A DNA stretch of 64,000 nucleotides from an uncultured Trueperaceae bacterium (lineage in GTDB: Bacteria; Deinococcota; Deinococci; Deinococcales; Trueperaceae). The stretch is from NCBI GenBank assembly GCA_963799485.1, contig CAWCXJ010000006.1, positions 544,001 through 608,000 on the forward strand. Reading direction: 5' to 3'. Numbering within the stretch: the stretch's first letter is position 1; every line of letters begins with the position of its first letter. Below, one piece after another: positions 52,371 to 60,248 of this stretch. The position numbers and the translations under genes were made by a program. Below the pieces are notes generated by a model, which saw only the letters and a program-made list of their open reading frames with translations, was not told the origin of the DNA and did not search any database.

Positions 52371-54932
52371 GTGGACGTTGAAAAAAAAGGGGACACAGTG
52401 GACGTTGAGGATAAAACCGTCGAAGGCGCAAGGGTCAGCCCGTCTGCAGAGCAGGGTTCGCCCGAGCGCGCGCCCGACCATTACGAAGCTAAAAAGGGAC
52501 TCGAGGACACCACAAACGAGCACCCCGACAGTGAGGACTCGAGCGACGAAACAGGAATTTACGCGCAGCCACCCCCTGAGTTTACCGGCCTCAAAGTCAC
52601 GAAGCGTAAAACGACGGCTGCCGGGTTGCCCGCCGTAATGTCGAGCATGGAATACGCCATGCGTGAGACCGGCCCGGTTCGCGGCGCAAAACTGCTTTTA
52701 ACCATGAACCAAAAAGACGGTTTCGACTGCACCTCGTGTGCGTGGCCCGACCCGGACGAAGAGCGCTCGGTCGCCGAGTTTTGCGAAAACGGCGCAAAAG
52801 CCGTTCTCGACGAAGGCACCACGCGGCGCGTCACGCCGGAGTTTTTCAAAAAGCACTCGGTCGCTGAACTGTCGGAGCGTTCGGACTACTGGCTCAACCA
52901 TCAGGGCCGTTTGACCGAACCGCTGATTTTGCGCGAAGGCGGCACACACTACGAACCCATCGGCTGGCTAGAAGCGTTTGCCAAACTCGGCACTGAACTA
53001 AACGCGTTGTCGTCGCCTGATGAGGCCGTCTTCTACACCTCCGGGCGCGCGAGCAACGAGGCGGCGTTTTTGTACCAGCTTTTTGTAAGGCAGTACGGAA
53101 CCAACAACATGCCCGACTGCTCGAATATGTGTCATGAGTCTTCGGGTACGGCGCTCACCGAAACGCTCGGCCTCGGCAAGGGCTCGGTGACCTTAGAGGA
53201 TTTTTACTACACCGACTTGTTTATCATCATCGGTCAAAACCCCGGTACCAACCACCCCCGGATGATGAGCGCTTTGGCGCGCGGTAAACGCAACGGTGCC
53301 AAACTCATCGCGATTAACCCACTGCCTGAAGCCGGGCTCTTAAACTTCAAAAACCCGCAAGACTATCTGCATCCGACCAAAGCGCTGCGTCAAGAGGCGC
53401 ACCTCGCCGACTTGTTCGTCCCGGTGCGTATCGGCGGCGACGTCCCGCTCCTTAAAGGCGTGATGAAAGAGCTTTTGGAAGAAGAGGACAAACGCCCCGG
53501 CGAGGTGTTCGATCACACATTCATCAAAGAAAAGACCGAAGGCTTCGACGCGTTCGTCAAAGACCTGCGCGCTGAAGACTGGGACAAAATCGTTTTCGAA
53601 TCGGGTATCGGTCGGTCGCAACTCCGCGAAGTCGCCGAAATGGTGATGGCCAGTGAGCGCATCATCATCTGCTGGGCGATGGGCTTAACGCAGCACACGA
53701 ACGCGGTAAGCAGCATTCAGGAAATCGTCAACCTGCTCCTCTTAAAAGGCAGCGTCGGCAAACCCGGCGCAGGCACCTGCCCGGTACGCGGTCACTCGAA
53801 CGTCCAGGGCGACCGGACGATGGGGGTGTGGGAGCGTCCGCAAGCATCCTTTTTGGACGCGCTACAGCGTGAGTTCAACTTCGACCCGCCGCGCGAGCAC
53901 GGCTACGACACCGTTGAGGCCATTAAAGCGATGCACGAGGGCAAAGCGAAGGTCTTTTTAGCGCTCGGCGGGAACTTCTTGTCCGCGACGCCCGACACCG
54001 AATACACCGCCGAGGCGCTGCAAAACTGTACGCTGACGGCGCACATCTCGACGAAACTCAACCGGGCGCACCTCGTTCACGGCAAAGAAGCGCTCATCTT
54101 GCCGTGTCTGGGCCGCACTGAAGCCGATGAACAGGCGTCGGGGCCACAGTTTGTTACCGTAGAAAACTCGATGGGCGTCGTTCACGATTCGCAAGGGATG
54201 CTTAAACCGGCTTCGGACGAGCTTAAAAGTGAAGTCGCCATCATCGCCGGGATTGCCGAAGCGACGCTCAGGGGCCGCTCGACGGTCAACTGGGACACGC
54301 TTAAAGACGATTACAACCGGATTCGGGCGCACATCTCGAGGGTTATTCCCGGATGTGAAAACTACAATGAAAAAGTGCGCGGTGCCGGGTTTTACCTGCC
54401 GAACGGCCCCCGTGAAGGCGTCTTTACCACCGATACCGAAAAGGCCAAGTTTACGGTTCACCAGATTCCCGAGCGCCCGCTTGAAGACGGTCAGTTCGTG
54501 ATGATGTCGATTCGCACGCACGACCAGTTCAACACGGTCGTTTACGGCCTCGACGATCGCTACCGAGGCATCAAAAACGAACGCCGCGTGATTATGCTGA
54601 ACCCGGGCGACATGGCGGAAGCCGGGATTGATGAAGGCGACGTGCTCGACTTGACAAGCCACTTCAACGGTGAAACGCGCGTTGCCGAGCGGTTTATTGC
54701 GGTGCCGTATCCGATTCCGAGCCGCTGCGCCGCAACGTATTTTCCCGAGACGAACGTCCTGGTGCCGATTGGCAGCGTCGCGGAAAAGAGCAACACGCCG
54801 GTCTCTAAATACGTCGTGATTACGCTTGCGCCGACGCAGTATAAAGGCAAGTTCGATCCCGAGTATCAGAAGGGCAAATCCGAGGAGGCCCAAGAGGTCG
54901 AGCAGGGCCGCCCTGCGCCTGCGTATGCCTGA
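52371..54932 (+). CDS. FdhF/YdeP-family molybdopterin oxidoreductase
   Basis: GFDC..CAW, FCENGAKA, YTSGRASNE, NMPDCSNMCHE and R.HDQFNT; start 52371 or 52398. Confidence 0.93.
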   Translation: MDVEKKGDTVDVEDKTVEGARVSPSAEQGSPERAPDHYEAKKGLEDTTNEHPDSEDSSDETGIYAQPPPEFTGLKVTKRKTTAAGLPAVMSSMEYAMRETGPVRGAKLLLTMNQKDGFDCTSCAWPDPDEERSVAEFCENGAKAVLDEGTTRRVTPEFFKKHSVAELSERSDYWLNHQGRLTEPLILREGGTHYEPIGWLEAFAKLGTELNALSSPDEAVFYTSGRASNEAAFLYQLFVRQYGTNNMPDCSNMCHESSGTALTETLGLGKGSVTLEDFYYTDLFIIIGQNPGTNHPRMMSALARGKRNGAKLIAINPLPEAGLLNFKNPQDYLHPTKALRQEAHLADLFVPVRIGGDVPLLKGVMKELLEEEDKRPGEVFDHTFIKEKTEGFDAFVKDLRAEDWDKIVFESGIGRSQLREVAEMVMASERIIICWAMGLTQHTNAVSSIQEIVNLLLLKGSVGKPGAGTCPVRGHSNVQGDRTMGVWERPQASFLDALQREFNFDPPREHGYDTVEAIKAMHEGKAKVFLALGGNFLSATPDTEYTAEALQNCTLTAHISTKLNRAHLVHGKEALILPCLGRTEADEQASGPQFVTVENSMGVVHDSQGMLKPASDELKSEVAIIAGIAEATLRGRSTVNWDTLKDDYNRIRAHISRVIPGCENYNEKVRGAGFYLPNGPREGVFTTDTEKAKFTVHQIPERPLEDGQFVMMSIRTHDQFNTVVYGLDDRYRGIKNERRVIMLNPGDMAEAGIDEGDVLDLTSHFNGETRVAERFIAVPYPIPSRCAATYFPETNVLVPIGSVAEKSNTPVSKYVVITLAPTQYKGKFDPEYQKGKSEEAQEVEQGRPAPAYA

Positions 54933-54957
54933 TGCCAGCCTCTTGATCTAAATGTCC

Positions 54958-54995
54958 AAGCCTGGGCCGCAGAGTAGTTTGTGTCCAGGCTTTTT
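54958..54995 (+). terminator. Possible intrinsic terminator
   Basis: AAGCCTGG...CCAGGCTT followed by a T run. Confidence 0.5.
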
Positions 54996-55094
54996 GCTGG
55001 TCGGGATTTCGGTATTCTGCTAGGTTTTCGCTTTACAAAACAGCTATACTAGGGACGCTTAACCAATTTTCAGAAGGCCTACAAGGGAGTTCGC

Positions 55095-56510
55095 ATGTCT
55101 TTTTTGAGCCGTGACCGTTCGGTCGCTAAACCGGGGTTCAGCCGTTGGCTGGTGCCGCCTGCGGCGCTCGCCGTGCATCTGTCTATCGGGCAGATTTACG
55201 CCTACAGCGTCTTCAATGAGCCGATGTCGCGACTTTTGGGCGTCGGCGAGACTGCGCCGGGAGACTGGAGCTTAGCCACCATCGGCTGGATTTTTACGAT
55301 AGCGCTGGCGGTGCTGGGTGCGTCGGCGGCGGTTTTTGGGAAGTGGCTCGAGCGCGTCGGCCCGCGGATGGCGATGTTCGTCTCCGCCTGCTGTTTCGGC
55401 GGCGGCTTTCTGGTCGCGGCGTATGGTGTGTCTATCCATAACATCTGGCTCGTCTATCTCGGTAATGGGGTGCTGGGCGGTATCGGACTGGGGCTCGGCT
55501 ACATCTCGCCGGTTTCGACGCTTATCAAGTGGTTTCCCGATAGGCCGGGCCTTGCCACGGGCATGGCGATTATGGGTTTCGGTGGCGGCGCGATGATCGC
55601 TTCGCCCCTCTCGGTCGCGCTGATGAACCGCTTTTCTACTGCAACCTCGGTCGGCGTTGCACCGACGCTCTTTACGATGGGCATCATCTACTTCGTTTTT
55701 ATGATGTTCGGTGTGTTTACCGTGCGCGTACCCCCGGCAAACTGGAAACCTGCGGGTTACGTTGCGCCCACCGCGAGCAAAAAACTTGTAACCAACGCCA
55801 ATGTAGACGCCGACACTGCCGTTCGCACCCCGCAATTCTGGCTGCTTTTCGCGGTTCTTAGCCTCAACGTTACTGCCGGTATCGGCGTACTCGGGCAAGC
55901 CTCGGTGATGATTCAAGAGATGTTTTCCACCGCTTCAGTAGGTCAAGCGGCGGCGGTGACAGCCGCCGCCGCCGCCGGTTTTGTCGGGCTCCTCAGCCTG
56001 TTCAACATGGCGGGGCGCTTTTTCTGGGCGTCGGTCTCGGACTATATCGGGCGCAAAAACACCTACAGCATCTTTTTCGTCCTCGGCGCAATCCTTTACT
56101 TTCTCGTTCCGACGTTCGGCAACCAGGGCAATGTGTTTTTATTCGTCGCCAGCTTTTGCGTCATCCTGACGATGTACGGCGGCGGTTTTGCGACGATTCC
56201 CGCCTATTTGCGCGACCTTTTCGGCACGTTGCAAGTCGGCGCGATTCACGGGCGCTTGCTGCTCGCCTGGTCGGTCGCAGCGGTGGTCGGGCCGGTGCTG
56301 ATCAACTACATCCGGCAAGGCCAGATTAACAGCGGCGTTCCGGCAGCGCAGGCGTACTCGGTGACGATGTACATCATGGCGGGGCTGCTCGTCGTCGGTT
56401 TTATCTGCAACCTGTTAGTGCGCGAGGTCGATTCGCGTTTTCACGTTCAGGAACCCAAGATGGCGGCAACCCCGAAAGCGTCGGCGGTTGCCGCCGCGGG
56501 CGACGCTTAG
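55095..56510 (+). CDS. OFA-family MFS transporter (oxalate/formate antiporter-like)
   Basis: HLSIGQ.YA.SVF, KWFPDRPGLATG.AIMGFGGGA and YGGGFATIPAYL.D.FG. Confidence 0.92.
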   Translation: MSFLSRDRSVAKPGFSRWLVPPAALAVHLSIGQIYAYSVFNEPMSRLLGVGETAPGDWSLATIGWIFTIALAVLGASAAVFGKWLERVGPRMAMFVSACCFGGGFLVAAYGVSIHNIWLVYLGNGVLGGIGLGLGYISPVSTLIKWFPDRPGLATGMAIMGFGGGAMIASPLSVALMNRFSTATSVGVAPTLFTMGIIYFVFMMFGVFTVRVPPANWKPAGYVAPTASKKLVTNANVDADTAVRTPQFWLLFAVLSLNVTAGIGVLGQASVMIQEMFSTASVGQAAAVTAAAAAGFVGLLSLFNMAGRFFWASVSDYIGRKNTYSIFFVLGAILYFLVPTFGNQGNVFLFVASFCVILTMYGGGFATIPAYLRDLFGTLQVGAIHGRLLLAWSVAAVVGPVLINYIRQGQINSGVPAAQAYSVTMYIMAGLLVVGFICNLLVREVDSRFHVQEPKMAATPKASAVAAAGDA

Positions 56511-56524
56511 GAGGCGGATAACTA

Positions 56525-56679
56525 TGGCGAAAAAAGTCACTGTACAACCCGAACCGAGCCAAGAAGATTTCGAAGGTACGCCTACCGCGCGCCTGATTCT
56601 CGCTTGGGCGGTGGTCGGCGTGCCACTGCTTTACGGTGTCACCCAGGTTTTCTTAAAGTCGCTCGCGCTGTTTCAGTAG
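56525..56679 (+). CDS. MFS transporter small subunit
   Basis: AW.VVGVPL.YGV...LALF; AGGAGG RBS; follows the OFA gene. Confidence 0.75.
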
Positions 56680-56987
56680 TCTACTGGTTCGCAGGATGGC
56701 CTCGAGCTGTCCTGCGAGTCTTTATGTGTCCAGTGTCCGCTCTGTCCGCCGTGCCAGCTATAATCCTCTAGCTTTTCGGCTCGGGGCACACCTGCTAGCG
56801 TTTCCAAAACGGTTTCCAGCGGGACGCGGTAGGCGAAGCGGGTTTTTAGGTACCACAGCTCGAGGCCCCCTCTCAACTTGTCCCGGTTGTCGAGTGGCAA
56901 GCCCAAACGTAGCGCGTAGGTGAGCGCCTTGTTGACCGCCGCGTCGAAGAGTTCCGGGCGAGACGAGGGTGAAGGGGACACGGTCAC
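56673..56987 (-). CDS. Conserved hypothetical protein
   Basis: GLELWYLKTRFAYRVPL motif; coupled to the upstream gene. Confidence 0.7.
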   Translation of the reverse strand: MTVSPSPSSRPELFDAAVNKALTYALRLGLPLDNRDKLRGGLELWYLKTRFAYRVPLETVLETLAGVPRAEKLEDYSWHGGQSGHWTHKDSQDSSRPSCEPVDY

Positions 56988-57667
56988 GCGAGATCTCCTT
57001 CAGCCGGTGTGCCTGCGACGAACGCCGCCGCCTTACCGTAAAGGTGTTCTGCCGAGGCCCAGCGCTCGAGTTCTAAGTGCAGCCTACCGTCCTCCAACGA
57101 AGCTGTAAGTTCGCCCACCGCGCAGTTATGGTGAGCCGTGCGCTGGAGCAGTTCCCGGTCTAGCTCGGGGATAAGGCTCAGAAGCGGGAGCGATAAGCTG
57201 CCGCCGTGCGCGACAAGTACGAGCGTTTCGCCGTCACGGTTACGGCACATCGTCTCGTAGCCTCGGCGTACTCGGCGGACGAGTTCAAGGTAGTTTTCGC
57301 CCTCCGGAAACCGGGCTTCGTGGTCTCCCTCGGCCCACGCCCAGACGATGGCGTCGTGTTGTTTCCAGGTGGCGGCGCTCGGGGGTTGCGTTTCTAAGCT
57401 GCCGACATCGAGTTCGCGGAAATGCTCGAGCACGCTCACTTCGCCACCAACTTTTGCGGCGATAATCTCTGCCGTCTCATAGGCCCGCTTCAAGGGTGAG
57501 CTGAAGACCTGCGTAACCGGAAACGTGCGTAAATGCTCGGCTGTCTGTACGGCCTGAAGCCTGCCTTTTACGGTGAGCGGATAATCCACCAACCGGTGCG
57601 AAAACTCTTTGGTCAAGTTCGCCTGATTTTCACCGTGCCGAACTAAAAATATTCGGTTTACTCCCAT
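56984..57667 (-). CDS. Histidine phosphatase family protein
   Basis: LVRHGE, SSPL.RA.ETA and VAHGG. Confidence 0.9.
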   Translation of the reverse strand: MGVNRIFLVRHGENQANLTKEFSHRLVDYPLTVKGRLQAVQTAEHLRTFPVTQVFSSPLKRAYETAEIIAAKVGGEVSVLEHFRELDVGSLETQPPSAATWKQHDAIVWAWAEGDHEARFPEGENYLELVRRVRRGYETMCRNRDGETLVLVAHGGSLSLPLLSLIPELDRELLQRTAHHNCAVGELTASLEDGRLHLELERWASAEHLYGKAAAFVAGTPAEGDLA

Positions 57668-57669
57668 GT

Positions 57670-58758
57670 TTAGCCCCGTCCCCGCGCTTCGTAGCCGGCA
57701 GCGGTCAGCGCCCGCGTTCCCTCTCTGAGTCCCTCTTCACTGTCGAACGCCAACCGGAGCGCCCCCCCGGCTTCGCGGATGGATAAAACTTCGATGTCCT
57801 TGACGTTGACCTCGGCTTCGCCTAGCGCGTGCGTGATTCGGGCCAATTCGCCGGGTCGGTCGGGCACCGCGATAACGACTTCAAAGCGGGCCGGGAGGAG
57901 GCTGCGTTTGACGATGGGGAAGGCGTCGCGGGCGCGTTTGGCGGCTTCGACGCGCCCCAGCATCGTGTCGGGGTGCTCTAAGAGCGCCTCGAGTTCATCC
58001 AAGTGTTTCCGAAAAAAAGCCAGCGCCCCCCGAAGCGCCTCTTTGTTGCCGACCACCATGTCGCGGCTCATCCGGGGACTGCCCGAGGCGACGCGGGTCA
58101 GGTCGCGGAAACCGCCCGCCGCTAAGAGCATCATCAGGTCGCGGTTTTCGTCTTGCGCGGCGAGTTCGGTCAGCGCGACCGCGCTCAGGTAGGGCAAGTG
58201 ACTTACGGCGGCGACGAGGCGGTCGTGCTGTTCGGGCGAGGCCGTCAGCGGTACGGCACCGAGCTGTTCGACATAGGTACGGACGCGCGCCAGCGCTTCG
58301 GCGTCGGTGTGGGTGTCCGGCGTCAAGACCCAGACGGCGTTTTCCAGCAAGGCGGCGTCCGCGTAAAGCACCCCGACGCGTTCACTCCCCGCCATTGGAT
58401 GCCCGCCGACAAAGCGTAAATGAGCGAGGTCGGCGCAGACCGCGCCTTTGATACTGCCGACGTCGGTAAAGATGGTGTCAGGCCCCGTAAAATGGGCGAG
58501 TTCACGCGCCGATGATACGAGCGTTCCGGCAGGGGAGGCCAAGACGATAAGGTCGGCCTCTGCCAGCCACGCACCGGGGTGGAGTTGCGCTTCGTCGATA
58601 ACACCCAGGCCGCGGGCGGCCTCGAGCGCCCTCGGGTCATAGTCGAACCCGATAACCTTGTCGGCTAAAAACCGCTGCCGCGTGCCGAGCCCGACGGAAC
58701 CGCCGATAAGTCCGACACCGGCAATCACGACCGTGCCGAAAAGTGCTTTAGGCCGCAT
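57670..58758 (-). CDS. tyrA: Prephenate dehydrogenase with ACT domain
   Basis: G.GLIGGS, DVGS.K, GHPMAGSE, HD..VA.VSHLP and DRPGELA. Confidence 0.94.
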   Translation of the reverse strand: MRPKALFGTVVIAGVGLIGGSVGLGTRQRFLADKVIGFDYDPRALEAARGLGVIDEAQLHPGAWLAEADLIVLASPAGTLVSSARELAHFTGPDTIFTDVGSIKGAVCADLAHLRFVGGHPMAGSERVGVLYADAALLENAVWVLTPDTHTDAEALARVRTYVEQLGAVPLTASPEQHDRLVAAVSHLPYLSAVALTELAAQDENRDLMMLLAAGGFRDLTRVASGSPRMSRDMVVGNKEALRGALAFFRKHLDELEALLEHPDTMLGRVEAAKRARDAFPIVKRSLLPARFEVVIAVPDRPGELARITHALGEAEVNVKDIEVLSIREAGGALRLAFDSEEGLREGTRALTAAGYEARGRG

Positions 58759-58778
58759 GTCGGCTTAAAAGAAACGCA

Positions 58779-58931
58779 CTATTCGGGTTCGTCGTCTAGC
58801 CGGTCTAATTGCTCGAGCTCGTCTTGGTAGAGCTCGGTGTCTTCCTCGAGCAGTTCGTCGTCGCCCAGTTCGTCGCCCAGTTCGTTGTAGGTGTCGCCGT
58901 CGAAATCTTCGGGGTTGTGTCGGTCGTCCAT
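58779..58931 (-). CDS. Small, very acidic protein, 50 aa (not in the ORF track)
   Basis: MDDRHNPEDFDGDTYNELGDELGDDELLEEDTELYQDELEQLDRLDDEPE; TAAACT -10 box 7 nt upstream. Confidence 0.6.
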   Translation of the reverse strand: MDDRHNPEDFDGDTYNELGDELGDDELLEEDTELYQDELEQLDRLDDEPE

Positions 58932-58992
58932 AAAAGACAGTTTAAGCCGAATCGGTGCGCGCTTCTATGAGCGTGTTGGTACGTCTCAACTG

Positions 58993-59727
58993 CTAGGCGT
59001 GGACGAGCGAAACGTCTTCAACCGCCTGCATGAACGCCGCAAAAGGTGCGATTTGCTCGGGTTGCGCCTGAAAGCTCATCTCCGGATGCCACTGCACACC
59101 CAGCACGAACGAGCCGTCGGTGTTTTCGATAGCTTCGGTGAGGCCGTCCGCGCTTCGCCCGACCACTTTAAGACCTTGTCCCGGGTTGGCGACCGCCTGG
59201 TGATGGTACGAGTTCGTGCGGACGCGTTCTGCGCCGAAGGCGTGGGCCAGGGCTGAACCGGGCTCGAGCGCTACCCCGTGCGAGGGCGCGCCGCCAATCT
59301 CTAACTGTTCGTGCTGAATGGTATTGGGGAGCGCCGGAACATGTTGGTGCAAGCTGCCGCCCGCTGCCACGCTGATAAGCTGATGCCCGCGGCAAACCCC
59401 CAAGACCGGCACCCCTTTGGCCCTTGCCGCGTGATAAAGTGCCATCTCAAAGCGGTCACGCTCGAGGTTGACGAGGCCCAACAAGGGGTGCGGTTCCGCG
59501 CCGAAAAAGCCTGGGTCGACATCGACGCCGCCAGTTAGCAAAAGCCCGTCTGCGTCCTCGAGATAGGTTTCGGCAAGTTCGGGTTCCAAATTGCCGACCA
59601 TCAGCGGCAAACCGCCGAGCTGTGCGACGGCTGCGTTGTAGTTGAGGCCGGTTACAGCGTCGGTGCGGCGGAGTCCGGTAGCGCGAAAAACGGATGAGGT
59701 GCTGACGAGGATGCGGGGGCGTCTCAT
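58993..59727 (-). CDS. Gamma-glutamyl-GABA hydrolase family (peptidase C26)
   Basis: LLTGG.D, GVCRG.Q, NSYHHQA and GVQWHPE. Confidence 0.92.
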   Translation of the reverse strand: MRRPRILVSTSSVFRATGLRRTDAVTGLNYNAAVAQLGGLPLMVGNLEPELAETYLEDADGLLLTGGVDVDPGFFGAEPHPLLGLVNLERDRFEMALYHAARAKGVPVLGVCRGHQLISVAAGGSLHQHVPALPNTIQHEQLEIGGAPSHGVALEPGSALAHAFGAERVRTNSYHHQAVANPGQGLKVVGRSADGLTEAIENTDGSFVLGVQWHPEMSFQAQPEQIAPFAAFMQAVEDVSLVHA

Positions 59728-59798
59728 GAGCTTTAGCCTATCACCTGCGCCGAAAGTTTCGGTGTCTTTTACGGCATATTTCAAGCGGGCAGGGGAGT

Positions 59799-60248
59799 TT
59801 ACCGCTGGTCCGGGGGTAGCTGAGCAGCTTGTTCGTGCAGATGTCTGCCTAAACCCTCGAGTAGACTCAGCACCGCGTAAAGTCCGCGCCGCACCCCGGG
59901 GTCGTTGAGTTTACCGAGGAGTGCGAGCTGCGAAGGTGGGTCGTGGTGCAAGCTCTCGTGCGCCGCCGCCAGACCCTTTTGCGTGCCGGTCAAAAACGCC
60001 TGCGCCGCGTCCGCGTCGGTTTCAGTGAGCGCCTTGAGCAATACCGTCAAGGTTCCCAAGGCGTTTTCACCTTTTTGAGACTCGAGCTGTCCGAGCGCCA
60101 CACTCAAAACGCCGTCAGACTGTCCGACAAGACCGTTTAGGAGGCGCAACACGCCGCGTTCGTGCAGCGTTTGCAACAGGCGCTCCAGGTCGTCTCGTGC
60201 AGTGTCTTGCGGAACCGGCGTGGGGGTATAGGTCAGCGGTTTCGCCAT
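59799..60248 (-). CDS. DUF1641 domain protein (FDH partner)
   Basis: LL..LH..GVL and L.DP.VRRGL; coupled to the FDH alpha gene. Confidence 0.8.
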   Translation of the reverse strand: MAKPLTYTPTPVPQDTARDDLERLLQTLHERGVLRLLNGLVGQSDGVLSVALGQLESQKGENALGTLTVLLKALTETDADAAQAFLTGTQKGLAAAHESLHHDPPSQLALLGKLNDPGVRRGLYAVLSLLEGLGRHLHEQAAQLPPDQR

